Positions 43,660 through 54,541 of a stretch of 64,000 bases of DNA are shown here, in pieces. The stretch spans positions 2,631 through 66,630 of the IMG/VR virus record IMGVR_UViG_3300028898_000325; one strand, written 5' to 3'. The DNA is from a virus. Made by a program: the position numbers and the translations under genes. Numbering within the stretch: position 1 is the stretch's first letter; each line of letters starts with the position of its first letter. The notes beneath the pieces were generated by a model. That model made no database searches and was not told the DNA's origin. It worked only from the letters and a program-made list of their open reading frames with translations.

Positions 43660-44784
43660 ATGAGAACAGGACAATTCGTACCCTATTTTTATGACCCTAC
43701 GCCCGGAGAAGGCGGCGGCATCTTGTCTTACGAACAAGTTCAGGCAATGATGGCCGAACCGGCACCGCAACCACCATCCGAACCCGAAAGTCCTGCCCCT
43801 CAAAACGAAACCCCTGCAGCACCCGTTGACAGTCCAAATCCACCAGCTGCCTCCGAAACTACTCCCCCGCCACCCCCACCGGTTACAAGTTGGAAAGAAT
43901 CAGTGACCGATGAAGAATTGTTGGGACACGTGGCGGAAAAATTCCAAAAGCCGGCACTGCTCAAAACATTGGGAGTGCCGGAACATTTAATCGGAGCGTT
44001 TGACAAGATTACCCCGGAGATAGCAAAATATGCCGAATATGTTGCTTCCGGCGGGAATCCAACAGAGTACCTCCGCATTGTAAACACCGACTACAAAGCA
44101 ATGTCGGAGCTTCAATTGATCGAGCTTGATTTAAGAGAGCGTCATCCTGACCTGGATCAAAACAAGTTCCAAATACTCTTAAAAAGCGAACTGAAGAAAT
44201 ACAACCTTGACCGTGACGATTACGCAGAGAACAGTGATGAAGCGGTTGTAGGTGAAATTGCACTCAAAAAAGACGCAGATAAGGTTAGAGAAAGATACCT
44301 GCAAAAGCAGAGCGAACTGAAAGCACCAGCGCTACAGCCTGATACCAGAGCGCAGGAACAGGCTGAAAAGGTGAAACAAATAACCGACACAGTACGCAAT
44401 AGCGTAGCGGTTAAGGAACTACAAGCCAACAAAAAACTACTCTTCGGCGTAGGCGCTGATGCCTTCCCGTTAGAGATACAGGATTTTGACGGTATCGTAA
44501 ATTCCATTATCAGTGCCTCTATTGAAGCAGGTAAACCCCTGGCCGATGCTGATGCCATACGACTCGCAAAAACAGTAACCTTCCATAACAACATGGATGC
44601 TATTGAAAAAGCATGGTCTGCACACATGAAAGCCGTTGTTGAGGCTGCGATAAGAAAAGAAGATCGCAACGCAGCACCTCCCGGCACCACTCCCGCCCCA
44701 ACGAATCCCCAAAACAAATCTGCCGGAAATCTACTTGCCACAGAAGGGCAAATTATGAGTTACGAGCAGCTTTTTGGAGGCTAA
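43660..44784 (+). CDS. Putative capsid scaffold protein
   Basis: Pro-rich acidic N-terminus and helical body; immediately upstream of the MCP. Confidence 0.65.
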   Translation: MRTGQFVPYFYDPTPGEGGGILSYEQVQAMMAEPAPQPPSEPESPAPQNETPAAPVDSPNPPAASETTPPPPPPVTSWKESVTDEELLGHVAEKFQKPALLKTLGVPEHLIGAFDKITPEIAKYAEYVASGGNPTEYLRIVNTDYKAMSELQLIELDLRERHPDLDQNKFQILLKSELKKYNLDRDDYAENSDEAVVGEIALKKDADKVRERYLQKQSELKAPALQPDTRAQEQAEKVKQITDTVRNSVAVKELQANKKLLFGVGADAFPLEIQDFDGIVNSIISASIEAGKPLADADAIRLAKTVTFHNNMDAIEKAWSAHMKAVVEAAIRKEDRNAAPPGTTPAPTNPQNKSAGNLLATEGQIMSYEQLFGG

Positions 44785-44816
44785 ACATTCGTAAACCTAT
44801 TTAAACTTTTTTAAAA

Positions 44817-46154
44817 ATGCAAAGGCAAGACATACTCAATAAACAGTACGTCACATCTACCGCATTGCTTGATGAAAGAGACATCAGGCCGGAGATTGTT
44901 GACAATGAAAATACAATGGACTGGGCATCACTTATGGTGTTCGCCGGTTTGAAAGAAGAGTGTAAAGTTTCCAAATATTACCAGTGGGAAGACGAACCAA
45001 ACCACAAGGTGTTGGTGATCGACACGGGCGGCGTAACAGGCTCTCCCGGAACGTCACTGGATATTACAACCACAACCGGAACTGCTGGTTGGGCAAGAAA
45101 AAACATGGTACTGAAGTTCAATGATGATAAGGTGGGTGTAATCACCAGCGCCATTACCCCAAGCGGTGGTAAAGACACGTTCACCGTGACAAGCACAGAC
45201 GGTACCAACCTTACCGCAGCAGCCGGTCAAAAAATCATCGACCTGGGCACAAGTGCCGGTGAAGGTTCTGCAGGCGTAGACAACATCGTTTACAAGCCCA
45301 CCAGCGACTTCAACCTGCTCACAAGGTTGAGAACTGTTGATCGTATCACAGACGTGCAGAAGCAAACTTTCATCACCGCAAAAGCGCCTGATGGAACCAT
45401 GCTGATTGCCAGTTACGAAAAGTACAAAAAAGCAAAAGCATTCCAGCTGGATATTTCATGCGCATTGTTCGGCCAGCGTAAATCCGCAAAAGAATATGGA
45501 GACGCTTCTCCATTGGTGGATGGACAAGGAAAGCCAACGCAGTTTACCGGAGGTATCGACCAGGAAATTTCTACAAAAGGTATTGCATCCAACTTTACAA
45601 CCAACGGTACTTATGTACTGGCTGACCTGGATAATGAGTGCGATGCAATCACGGCGCAGAAAGGCCCACGGGATTACTTTAAGGTTGGTCCAAACAAAGC
45701 AATCAGAACCATAAGCACGTTTGCTAAAAACCTTGGAAGTTCTGGTGTCACAGGAGCAAGGCTAAATTTCAACAGCAATGAAATTACCGCTTTCAACTAC
45801 AATGTTTCAAAAATTTCACATGGTGGTTTTGAGTTTGAATATGGCATGTTGCCAATGTTCGACCACACTGAAAAGTTTGGCGCAGGCGTAGGTACCATCG
45901 GTAAATCCATTTATGGTATTCCTAAAGATAAGGTTCAAACCGTAGGTAATGGTATCATGCCACGTGTAAGAATGAGGTACATGAAACACGGTATCAAGTC
46001 CGCAGGTAACGCCTGGATCGCTGAATGGGAAGAAGGTGCAATGGCTGACGTTGCTACCAACGACAAAGCCGAGCTGACTGTTCACTGGCTTTGCAATTTC
46101 GGGAATGAAATTCACGGTGGTAAACACTTCTCAAAACAAAGGGCACTGGCCTAA
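44817..46154 (+). CDS. Major capsid protein
   Basis: 445 aa after the scaffold and followed by a strong terminator; YQWEDE and FTGGIDQEI resemble HK97-fold capsid proteins. Confidence 0.8.
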   Translation: MQRQDILNKQYVTSTALLDERDIRPEIVDNENTMDWASLMVFAGLKEECKVSKYYQWEDEPNHKVLVIDTGGVTGSPGTSLDITTTTGTAGWARKNMVLKFNDDKVGVITSAITPSGGKDTFTVTSTDGTNLTAAAGQKIIDLGTSAGEGSAGVDNIVYKPTSDFNLLTRLRTVDRITDVQKQTFITAKAPDGTMLIASYEKYKKAKAFQLDISCALFGQRKSAKEYGDASPLVDGQGKPTQFTGGIDQEISTKGIASNFTTNGTYVLADLDNECDAITAQKGPRDYFKVGPNKAIRTISTFAKNLGSSGVTGARLNFNSNEITAFNYNVSKISHGGFEFEYGMLPMFDHTEKFGAGVGTIGKSIYGIPKDKVQTVGNGIMPRVRMRYMKHGIKSAGNAWIAEWEEGAMADVATNDKAELTVHWLCNFGNEIHGGKHFSKQRALA

Positions 46155-46167
46155 TAAATAATCATCG

Positions 46168-46198
46168 GCAAGGCGGCTAAATAACCGCCTTGCTTTTT
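46168..46198 (+). terminator. Rho-independent terminator after MCP
   Basis: GCAAGGCGG-ctaaataa-CCGCCTTGC followed by TTTTT. Confidence 0.8.
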
Positions 46199-46219
46199 GT
46201 ATAACTAAAATTTGCTTTT

Positions 46220-47110
46220 ATGCAGCTCCAAAAATTCCCTGAAATCAACATCAACAAAATTTCAGAAAAAGGTAAAGTTCAGGACTACTTGAACAAATAC
46301 ACCCCAAAGCCTGGCGGGTATGTAAAATTCCGGATGTTGAACGGAACCAAAAACCCCAACCCGGACGCAATCAAAGGCAAGAATGACATTCGCTATCCAT
46401 ATGTGCAGCTGCCGTTGAGGGCAAAAATAAAAGACCCGGAAACCAGCTATCCTGTTGAAATCGGCCATGTGCTTGAAGTAGAGGCAAGTGGTAAGGCAGT
46501 AAAACGCCATGGCGTTCTTGAAGTTCCCCAAGAAAACAGAGGCTTCTTTGTGATACATGAAAACATCATTGAAGAAATCGAAAAACTGCCGGCAATCCTG
46601 TTAATGAATGAATGCGCCGACAATCCCTTCAGGGATGAAAGCGTAACGCCGCTTTATGAGATTGTTGATGAAGTTGCAAACGCCAAACTGAGAACGTCAA
46701 AACGCAACCTGAAAAATGACATGATGGAATACATCGCACTCATGGATCAGGAAGAAAGGCGTGAATTGTATGCGGCCATGGGTGGGGATTATGATGCCGA
46801 TCCGTTTGTGATTGAAGATGCTTTGCAGGAATCATGCGAAGCGGATCCTGAAAAGTTCAAAGCCCTGGTGTATAACAAAGAAAAATCCATTCGTGCAATT
46901 GTAAAAAGAGCGCTTGACAAAAACGTGATCACTTACAATCCGCAGACCTGCCAATACTCTTTCACAAAATCAAAGGAGAACATTTTTACCCACGAAAGAA
47001 AAGAAGGAGTAGAGCCGATACAGCTTTTTGCACAGTTCATTAATTCTGCAGCTAACGGCGGCCACATTATGAAGCAATTGAAACTGCTTGTTGCCGGCGA
47101 TAAAAAATAA
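46220..47110 (+). CDS. Conserved head-module protein downstream of MCP
   Basis: 296 aa; position and A..DP.KF...IVKRALD..VI..N resemble the crAss-like post-MCP gene. Confidence 0.55.
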   Translation: MQLQKFPEININKISEKGKVQDYLNKYTPKPGGYVKFRMLNGTKNPNPDAIKGKNDIRYPYVQLPLRAKIKDPETSYPVEIGHVLEVEASGKAVKRHGVLEVPQENRGFFVIHENIIEEIEKLPAILLMNECADNPFRDESVTPLYEIVDEVANAKLRTSKRNLKNDMMEYIALMDQEERRELYAAMGGDYDADPFVIEDALQESCEADPEKFKALVYNKEKSIRAIVKRALDKNVITYNPQTCQYSFTKSKENIFTHERKEGVEPIQLFAQFINSAANGGHIMKQLKLLVAGDKK

Positions 47111-47155
47111 TTGGCCTTGAACCGATGTCTCACAGGGGACTCGTTTGAAGGGAGC

Positions 47156-47185
47156 GCCCACCCTTTTTTAAGGGTGGGCAATTTT
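47156..47185 (+). terminator. Hairpin, probable terminator
   Basis: GCCCACCCTT-TTTT-AAGGGTGGGC followed by AATTTT. Confidence 0.6.
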
Positions 47186-47207
47186 AAAAACCATTAAACT
47201 TTTAGAA

Positions 47208-48371
47208 TTGCCGTCCCTAAATACTTACATATCGTTTGATGCAAAGTTTGTTTTGAGCAGCGAGCCGGTGCTGGTGCTTACTGCAAAAACAACATTGACT
47301 TCAGTACAACAGCAGCAGGTAAAAGGATACTTTACCGTTACCATGCCGGACGGCATTACTACCACAGGTAGCTTTACAAATCCTCACATCAATTTTGAAT
47401 CAGGGAAAATAACCTACGAAATACCGGTAAGAAAAGATACTCTGGGGAGCTATCAGCAGGGAGGTTATGATATAACCTTTTCAGCCAGGCACCCGGACTA
47501 TACAGACGGGGCTTTCAACAGGTACTTCGGGATGGAGGTTACACCGGTAAAACAAACCATCCGTGTAACGGCAGACTACTTTACCCCACTGATTAAATAC
47601 GAAGATCTCACCAGTTATATCATCAACGATTACACGATTGCAGATCAAATTGCATCATGGGTTACTGTTGTTGACGGAATAAATTCGGTTACGTCATCAA
47701 CTACGGAAGTCAACCCGGCAATCAACGGCAAGTATTATGCTACAGCCTACATCACAAGGTATATCAAATCTGTTCTTTACCAAAGCATAGACAATCCATG
47801 GCTTTCAGCGCTGGTTGTTTTTGAATACACCGCAACAGCAGAGGCTTACGCCCCGCTGCAAATGAGTGCACTGGTAGTGTATTTAGAGCAGCTGAAAAAC
47901 AAAACACAGAAACAGTGCGGCGACCCGCAACTGCAGGCTTTGTTTGAAAAAGCATCTTCTCTGTACACATTGATCCGTGGAAAGGTTTGTGCAAGAGATA
48001 CGGCAAACCTGAAAACGCTTTTTGAAGAATATTACGCATTGACACATGACGGAGCCCCGCTTGCTTACCCAGCAAATAAAGCAGAGATACCTCCATACGA
48101 TTTTGTTACAGGCTGTTCAGGTAGCAACACTGGTACCGCATACAGAAACTATCCAGCTGTTCTTACGGCCACGTTTGACGGACAAACTGTATTGCCAATG
48201 ACGCTGCCGGCATACGCCAGGATAATTTCAGCGGTAAAAGGTATTGTTCATCTGGAGCCTTCCGATTACAGCTACACTTCAACGCAGTTCACTTTGTTAA
48301 ATGGCCTTTCAATGAGTTTTTCTGACGACAGCGCAGAAAAGATTTTCATTACATACGAAACAAGAGCATGA
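47208..48371 (+). CDS. Putative virion structural protein
   Basis: 387 aa, beta-rich N-terminus; TTG start. Confidence 0.55.
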   Translation: MPSLNTYISFDAKFVLSSEPVLVLTAKTTLTSVQQQQVKGYFTVTMPDGITTTGSFTNPHINFESGKITYEIPVRKDTLGSYQQGGYDITFSARHPDYTDGAFNRYFGMEVTPVKQTIRVTADYFTPLIKYEDLTSYIINDYTIADQIASWVTVVDGINSVTSSTTEVNPAINGKYYATAYITRYIKSVLYQSIDNPWLSALVVFEYTATAEAYAPLQMSALVVYLEQLKNKTQKQCGDPQLQALFEKASSLYTLIRGKVCARDTANLKTLFEEYYALTHDGAPLAYPANKAEIPPYDFVTGCSGSNTGTAYRNYPAVLTATFDGQTVLPMTLPAYARIISAVKGIVHLEPSDYSYTSTQFTLLNGLSMSFSDDSAEKIFITYETRA

Positions 48372-51300
48372 AGAATATCTTAACCATATTGTTTTTATTA
48401 CCGGCACTTGCCTTTGCCCAACCAAAATGGAATGCAGCTACCGGTAATACTGATTTTAAAGACAGCATAAAGTTTTCAAAGTACAGAAACGGTGACACAT
48501 CGGCTATAGGAATAGATGCTAATGGCAAATTAATGCGCTTGGCTGCTATTCCCTTAAACATCACCGGCACCAACGGTATCACCGTAACCGGCACATCTAC
48601 AGATAAGACTATTGGCCTGACAGATACACTACAGGAGGGGCCTGGAATATCCATCACAAAAACAGGTGGCAGAGTTATCATCAGCGGATCAGCTGCTGGT
48701 AATTCACTTGTAAGCGCACCAAACCCTGATTTAACCGATAGCACTGTAACGGTTGTCCCGAATGTTATCTATTGGATGAACGGAGTGAAAGACACTATAC
48801 CTGATAGCGAAAGTTGGGTGATTAACTCCGTTCCAGACGGACAAAAACAATCAATCCTTATATACATCAACAGCAGCGGTGCTTTGGACACAGCGCAGGG
48901 GCAGATTGGAACGTTGAAGGTTAATCCGCCCGTTCCGCCCGGTGGTATTGCTGTAAGCTATGTGGACGTGTACGGGAGCGAAATACAGCCACCCCTAACC
49001 GTTAGCGGCTATCAGCGTACCGGCTTCCAGTATATCAACAGCGAAGGTGCAAGCGCAACAGACAGCGCCTATGCGTCCTATGATGACGTGACAAAGACAG
49101 CATCTTTCTTTAAGCTAAAATTAAATGGTGTTGACCGGGTAAGCTCTGCAGATAGTGCGTTGACGTTAGTAAACGGAGAGATAAAATACGGAGCAGTAAC
49201 CGGAGGTGGTGGAGGCGCTACCACATTCGAACAGTCGATCATTAACGGCAATACACTTACCCAAAACAGAACAGTCAATCAAGCTACAAAAACAATGTCC
49301 TTTTCAAACGGGAAGGTAGGCATTGATTCGCTTTTATTAAACCATGTTGCGGTGTGGAATACGCCTGACAGCTTGCTTGGATTTGGTGATTCTTATGGAG
49401 TTGGTACAGGTGCTTCAGTAATTGATTCGGCTTATTTAAACAGGCTTAAGACTTACTACGGATTACCATTGTCAAACTATGCTGTAGGTGGCGCTGGCGC
49501 TACAGGAACCGCTTTAAATCACTATGCCAATACTTATCCCGGACACAAACATTTGTCCGTTGTAATGACCGGATTTAATGACGTGTACAGATCACAGGCG
49601 AACAGAAAGACGCAGAATAAAATTATCAACGGCCTTTCGTCTGTTTTCGCAAGCCAGTTTATGAAGTCTTACCAACCTGCCGGAACCGGCGCAAATGTTA
49701 CGAGGTACGGAACATGGAGCGATTACACCGCAAATGCAGTAGGCGGTAAATCTTCAGCAGGTAAACAAACATCAAATGTAAATGACAGTATTGTTTATAC
49801 CTTCACAGATACTACCCTGATAGTTGCAATGATGGGTTCTGACGGAGTTACAAACACCTATAGCAACTCTGTTGAGATATACCTTGATAATGTCTTGGTT
49901 AAAACAGTAAACACCAATACTCAAACAAACGGTGTAACAGATGGAGCAATTGCCCCCAATACCAATCCCGGAACAATAACGCCACTGCCTTTCTTCTTTA
50001 CTGGACTGACAAACACTTCTCACAAGGTGAAGTTGGTAAATAAAAATGCCAATCCGATGGTAGTGGATTATTTCGGCCACTTTGTAGACAAGAGCGAAGC
50101 GATACCAATGCTGTTATTTAAAATACAGCGCATGGCAGTTACCATTTTAGCAAGCAATCCCGGAGGCTCGACACTTGCTGATCTTGATACTTTAAATGCA
50201 AAAATTGACAGCCTTGTAACTAACTGGCCTGTTGGCTACCCGGTATTCCTTGCACAGACAGGAAATTACTTTACAGCTATCCCGGCGCAAATGAGTTCTG
50301 ACAGCATACACCCAAACAATGTCGGCTACAGAGCATTGTATAACGCTGGTATTGCTGCGTTGTCAAGCATCAACGATAATTCAGTTTCTGATAATGTTTT
50401 GTACAACGATGAAAGGCTGTATTTCGTTGACGGGCATATTCACAACAAACTTGCTTACGTTTCTGAAATTCCTAACTCATGGAACAAAGGGGGGAATAAT
50501 GTTTTGGCTGCAGAAACTTCATCCATCGGAACAACAAATAACAGGGCGCTAAGAATTATTACCAGGGATTCGACACGAATGATAGTTGACAGTACCGGTT
50601 CAAGACTTGGTATAGGTTTAACAAATCCTCAATATAATATTGACGCATACGAGAGTATCAGGGCGCTGGCTTCCACCTCTGGTGTTGCTTTGTGGGTTGG
50701 TAGTTCCGCTGCTATTCGTGGGGATGCTGCAAGTAACGGCACAATGTATATTGATGCTTCAAGGAACACAACAGGTACAATTTCTATTCGCTCAACCACA
50801 ACAAATGTTTCAGGAGCATTAAACGCACAATCAACCGCAACAGTAGCACAGTCCCTGGATGTACAGGGAAGTACCTCCACCAATGGTTATATGCTAAATG
50901 GTGTATCTGTTGCAACCTCTACAACCGGAGATAGCTTGTTAAGAATTAACGATAACAGCAGGTATAAGCGTATTGGTATCCGTGGTGATAAATACCAGTT
51001 CAATGATGACGGTACAGGTGCAGCGTCTTGGACTTGGAATCAATCGGCTTTGGTTGAAATGAGAAGCACAACTAAAGGTTTGTTGATTCCTAAAATGACA
51101 ACAACCAACAGGAATGCAATCGGTAGCCCTGCAACCGGACTGTTAGTATACAATACCTCTGTTGATAGCTTTCAATATTACGCAGGTTCATGGAAGAATT
51201 TAGGTGGCAGTACGATTGACACCGCTGCAATGCTTTCGGCTTACAAAACAAGGCTTGATAAAATATCCTCTGGAACATACCAGCCAACGATTACCTCTAT

Positions 51301-51622
51301 TGCTAATCTTGATGCAATAAGTATATCCAGATGTATTTATGAACGGGTAGATTCGGCGTGTACAATAGCTGGTGAAATAACACTTGATCCAACGTCTGCA
51401 TCTGGTACACTTGCAAGGGCAAGGTTTACATTTCCTTTTACCACTGATTTAAACGCAAGCTGGCAATGTGATGGTATAATTTATACAGGGATTGCGGCAT
51501 CTACTGCGATTGGGGGTGCTATAACTGCAGATCAGGTAAACGATCAGGCAGAAATCAACTTCCCGGCAAACTTCACATCATCACAAACGGCAAAATTTAA
51601 ACTAACATTTTACATACGATGA
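48368..51622 (+). CDS. Fibre/spike-like protein with SGNH/GDSL hydrolase domain and signal peptide
   Basis: LLGFGDSYG, NYAVGG, GFNDV, DSIHPNNVGY; SPATGLLVYNT..SFQYY; N-terminal ...ALAFA|Q. Confidence 0.8.
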   Translation: MKNILTILFLLPALAFAQPKWNAATGNTDFKDSIKFSKYRNGDTSAIGIDANGKLMRLAAIPLNITGTNGITVTGTSTDKTIGLTDTLQEGPGISITKTGGRVIISGSAAGNSLVSAPNPDLTDSTVTVVPNVIYWMNGVKDTIPDSESWVINSVPDGQKQSILIYINSSGALDTAQGQIGTLKVNPPVPPGGIAVSYVDVYGSEIQPPLTVSGYQRTGFQYINSEGASATDSAYASYDDVTKTASFFKLKLNGVDRVSSADSALTLVNGEIKYGAVTGGGGGATTFEQSIINGNTLTQNRTVNQATKTMSFSNGKVGIDSLLLNHVAVWNTPDSLLGFGDSYGVGTGASVIDSAYLNRLKTYYGLPLSNYAVGGAGATGTALNHYANTYPGHKHLSVVMTGFNDVYRSQANRKTQNKIINGLSSVFASQFMKSYQPAGTGANVTRYGTWSDYTANAVGGKSSAGKQTSNVNDSIVYTFTDTTLIVAMMGSDGVTNTYSNSVEIYLDNVLVKTVNTNTQTNGVTDGAIAPNTNPGTITPLPFFFTGLTNTSHKVKLVNKNANPMVVDYFGHFVDKSEAIPMLLFKIQRMAVTILASNPGGSTLADLDTLNAKIDSLVTNWPVGYPVFLAQTGNYFTAIPAQMSSDSIHPNNVGYRALYNAGIAALSSINDNSVSDNVLYNDERLYFVDGHIHNKLAYVSEIPNSWNKGGNNVLAAETSSIGTTNNRALRIITRDSTRMIVDSTGSRLGIGLTNPQYNIDAYESIRALASTSGVALWVGSSAAIRGDAASNGTMYIDASRNTTGTISIRSTTTNVSGALNAQSTATVAQSLDVQGSTSTNGYMLNGVSVATSTTGDSLLRINDNSRYKRIGIRGDKYQFNDDGTGAASWTWNQSALVEMRSTTKGLLIPKMTTTNRNAIGSPATGLLVYNTSVDSFQYYAGSWKNLGGSTIDTAAMLSAYKTRLDKISSGTYQPTITSIANLDAISISRCIYERVDSACTIAGEITLDPTSASGTLARARFTFPFTTDLNASWQCDGIIYTGIAASTAIGGAITADQVNDQAEINFPANFTSSQTAKFKLTFYIR

Positions 51623-52104
51623 AACTCCTCCTCCCACTTCTCCTGATAACCGTAACGGCTTTTAGTCAGCCGACATTATCAGGCTTCACCGTCACACAGC
51701 AAAACCAGCTACGTGCATACATGCAGTGGCAGGGAAAGCAGTCAGCAGACAGCGTGAAGAAAGTAATTACGAACGATTATAAGCTAGCCATACAGGCGGT
51801 GACCGGGACAATATTCGCAGTGAGAAAGTCCCTGGCGGATACGCTCAATAACCTGCAGTATCATTTAGGCAGGTCGGATAGTTTGGCAAGGGTTACGACC
51901 GGTTTAAACACCGCTGTGTGGAACAACATGAACGGGTTTAAGCGGATACAGGACAGCGCCAATGCACAGGACGCAACCAATTTCGGCGTGATTGTAAAGG
52001 AAATCAACAACATAAAAGCAACCTATTTCACCAAAGAAGAAGCCGCCGCAATCAATGCAGCGTTGCAGGTTTTTAAAGAGTGGATGGATAGGGTGCGGAA
52101 ATAA
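51619..52104 (+). CDS. Signal-peptide-bearing coiled-coil protein
   Basis: MKLLLPLLLITVTAFS|Q, followed by helical sequence. Confidence 0.6.
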   Translation: MKLLLPLLLITVTAFSQPTLSGFTVTQQNQLRAYMQWQGKQSADSVKKVITNDYKLAIQAVTGTIFAVRKSLADTLNNLQYHLGRSDSLARVTTGLNTAVWNNMNGFKRIQDSANAQDATNFGVIVKEINNIKATYFTKEEAAAINAALQVFKEWMDRVRK

Positions 52105-52109
52105 AAATT

Positions 52110-52532
52110 ATGGACATAGTAATTGACTTTGACGGCACAGTTGTAACACACGACTTCCCAAAAGTGGGGGTTGATATAGGCGCTGTGCCTGTATTGAAAA
52201 ACATTGTAGAAAAAGGGCATAACCTGATATTGTTTACAATGAGATCAGACGTTAGCGAACCTTATTCTAAAAGCCCTGAAATAATCACAAAAAGCGGCAA
52301 CTACTTAACTGATGCAATTAACTGGTTTGCTGATAACGGCATACCCTTGTACGGCATACAAAAAAATCCAACGCAGCACACTTGGACAACTTCTCCAAAA
52401 GCATACGGCCAAATTATTATTGACGATGCAGCATTGGGATGCCCGTTAAAGTTTGATAAGCATTTTCACTCACGCCCTTATGTTGATTGGGATGCGGTAG
52501 AAAAAATACTGACAAACATCGGTGTAATATGA
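52110..52532 (+). CDS. HAD-superfamily phosphatase-like protein (BT0820-like)
   Basis: IVIDFDGTVV (motif I), LILFTMR, IIIDD. Confidence 0.85.
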   Translation: MDIVIDFDGTVVTHDFPKVGVDIGAVPVLKNIVEKGHNLILFTMRSDVSEPYSKSPEIITKSGNYLTDAINWFADNGIPLYGIQKNPTQHTWTTSPKAYGQIIIDDAALGCPLKFDKHFHSRPYVDWDAVEKILTNIGVI

Positions 52533-54541
52533 AATTTTTAGCAACCATACTACTTTTAACGCTTACCGGCAACCTATTCGCTACAACTTACTACGTGAGC
52601 GCAACGGGTAGTGACAGCAACCCCGGCACACAGGCGCAACCGTGGCAGACAATTGCAAAGGTGAACAGCGCAACGTATCTGGCAAATGATTCTGTTCTGT
52701 TCAACCGGGGCGACATATTCTTTGGCTCGGTGATAGCGAAGCGTAACAACATGACGTTTGGCGCTTATGGCACAGGATCAGCACCAGTAATTACCGGCTT
52801 TGTAACCCTGTCAAGCTGGGTGGAGGAATCGTCCGGCTTTTACAAGACTTCTCTCACCGCCAAAGGAAACCTGCGTGTAGTCGCAATGAACGGCATCCCA
52901 CAGGAAATGGGCAGAACACCCAACAGCGGTTTAGGCCGCAACTCATGGTTATATTACGAAGCCTGCACCGGTTCTACGGTTATCAAAGATTACCAGTTGA
53001 CTAACACTCCCTCACGTCTTGGTAGAACAATCATTGTACGGCATTCTGGCTGGGCTACAGGGCAATTCCGGGTAACCAATCACACGGACAGTTCTTTAAC
53101 CATCACCCCAAACAGGCACCAAAGAAACGCCAATGCAATCAGTGTGAACAGCCTCACCAAAGATCACGGGTATTTTTTCGAGAATGACAAATCTGATTGC
53201 GACCTTCCCGGCGAGTGGGCGAACGACACCGCTAACGGTTACCTGTACATGAACTTCGGCGGTTTGAATCCTTTAACAAACCCGGTGAAATATGCAGCGG
53301 TTGACACGCTCTTTAACTGCGGTGCATTTACCAACATCACTATATCAAACATCACCTTTGACGGCGGCGGGTTGTTCGGTGTTTACTCCCGTAACGGTAG
53401 TTATATATCAGTCACCAATTGCACGTTTACCAACATTGGTGTAACGGGATTTCATTCACGGACAACAAGTAACGTGACGGTGGCAGATTGTTCATTCGAT
53501 TACTGCCTGTCAACAGCGATACAAGTGATTGGCGCCAATTCTACCACCGGGTTAATCACTCGTAACACCATCGGGCAGGTAGCGCCGTTTGAGGGCATGT
53601 ATCAGAACTTTGATGCCAGTGACGGGGTTGCTATTGCCAACGATATAAGCAACTGCGAAGCGAGTAACAATACAATCGCATCATCCGCTTATCACGGGCT
53701 GGCTTTTAACGGCAACAACGCTTTTGTCTACCGGAACAAAGTTCAATCCTTTTCTAAATGGTTGACAGATGACGGCGGTATTTATTCGTTTTCCAGCAAC
53801 ACCACCACACCGACAACTTACACCAATCGTGTTGTAAAAGAAAATCTGATCTTAAACGGTATCGGTAACACCAACGGAATGCCGGTAAATGCTCTTCCGT
53901 CTACAAAGGGAATTTATGCCGACGACTGGACAATGAACGTGACTTATGAAGGTAATGTAATTGATTCGTGCAGTGTGGGAATATCCTGTAACTCCAATGA
54001 AAACCTGACTTTCAGGAATAACTTTTTCAGGTCATGGTATGGGTTAAGGGTTACCCGGAAATTATACAACGATGCAGAGAATATTTTCATCCGTAATAAC
54101 ATCAACATCGTAACAGATCCCAAAGGCGACCTGATCGAATTTAACGACTGGGATTTAAACCTACCAACACCGCACACCATTGCAAGCACGCTGGCCGCTG
54201 TTCAATCGGATAGTAATTATCACTACGGAGCAGACTTCTATGTTCAATACAAAAACGTTCGCCAGTTCGCCAGCACCTACAGTTTACCAGCATGGCAAGC
54301 ATTAACCGGGGTAAGCGCCAACGATGTTATTATTCCCTGGGATATGAGCAAAGCGCAATTGGTTTATAACTGGACTGCATCACCTGTTACCGTTACATCC
54401 GCAGGGATCAATTCAACCCTAAACGGAACATTTACTAACGCTTATTCCTTGCCGGCATACTCGTTTGTATTTTTTGTAAGATCAGAAGATACTACCGGGC
54501 TGCCGAAGGATATGATTTATTTACCGTTAAAATTTGAATGA
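52529..54541 (+). CDS. Right-handed parallel beta-helix (pectin lyase-like) protein with signal peptide
   Basis: ATTYYVSATGSDSNPGTQAQPWQTIAKVN; NCTF/NITFD repeats; DDGGIY, GIYAD. Confidence 0.85.
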   Translation: MKFLATILLLTLTGNLFATTYYVSATGSDSNPGTQAQPWQTIAKVNSATYLANDSVLFNRGDIFFGSVIAKRNNMTFGAYGTGSAPVITGFVTLSSWVEESSGFYKTSLTAKGNLRVVAMNGIPQEMGRTPNSGLGRNSWLYYEACTGSTVIKDYQLTNTPSRLGRTIIVRHSGWATGQFRVTNHTDSSLTITPNRHQRNANAISVNSLTKDHGYFFENDKSDCDLPGEWANDTANGYLYMNFGGLNPLTNPVKYAAVDTLFNCGAFTNITISNITFDGGGLFGVYSRNGSYISVTNCTFTNIGVTGFHSRTTSNVTVADCSFDYCLSTAIQVIGANSTTGLITRNTIGQVAPFEGMYQNFDASDGVAIANDISNCEASNNTIASSAYHGLAFNGNNAFVYRNKVQSFSKWLTDDGGIYSFSSNTTTPTTYTNRVVKENLILNGIGNTNGMPVNALPSTKGIYADDWTMNVTYEGNVIDSCSVGISCNSNENLTFRNNFFRSWYGLRVTRKLYNDAENIFIRNNINIVTDPKGDLIEFNDWDLNLPTPHTIASTLAAVQSDSNYHYGADFYVQYKNVRQFASTYSLPAWQALTGVSANDVIIPWDMSKAQLVYNWTASPVTVTSAGINSTLNGTFTNAYSLPAYSFVFFVRSEDTTGLPKDMIYLPLKFE

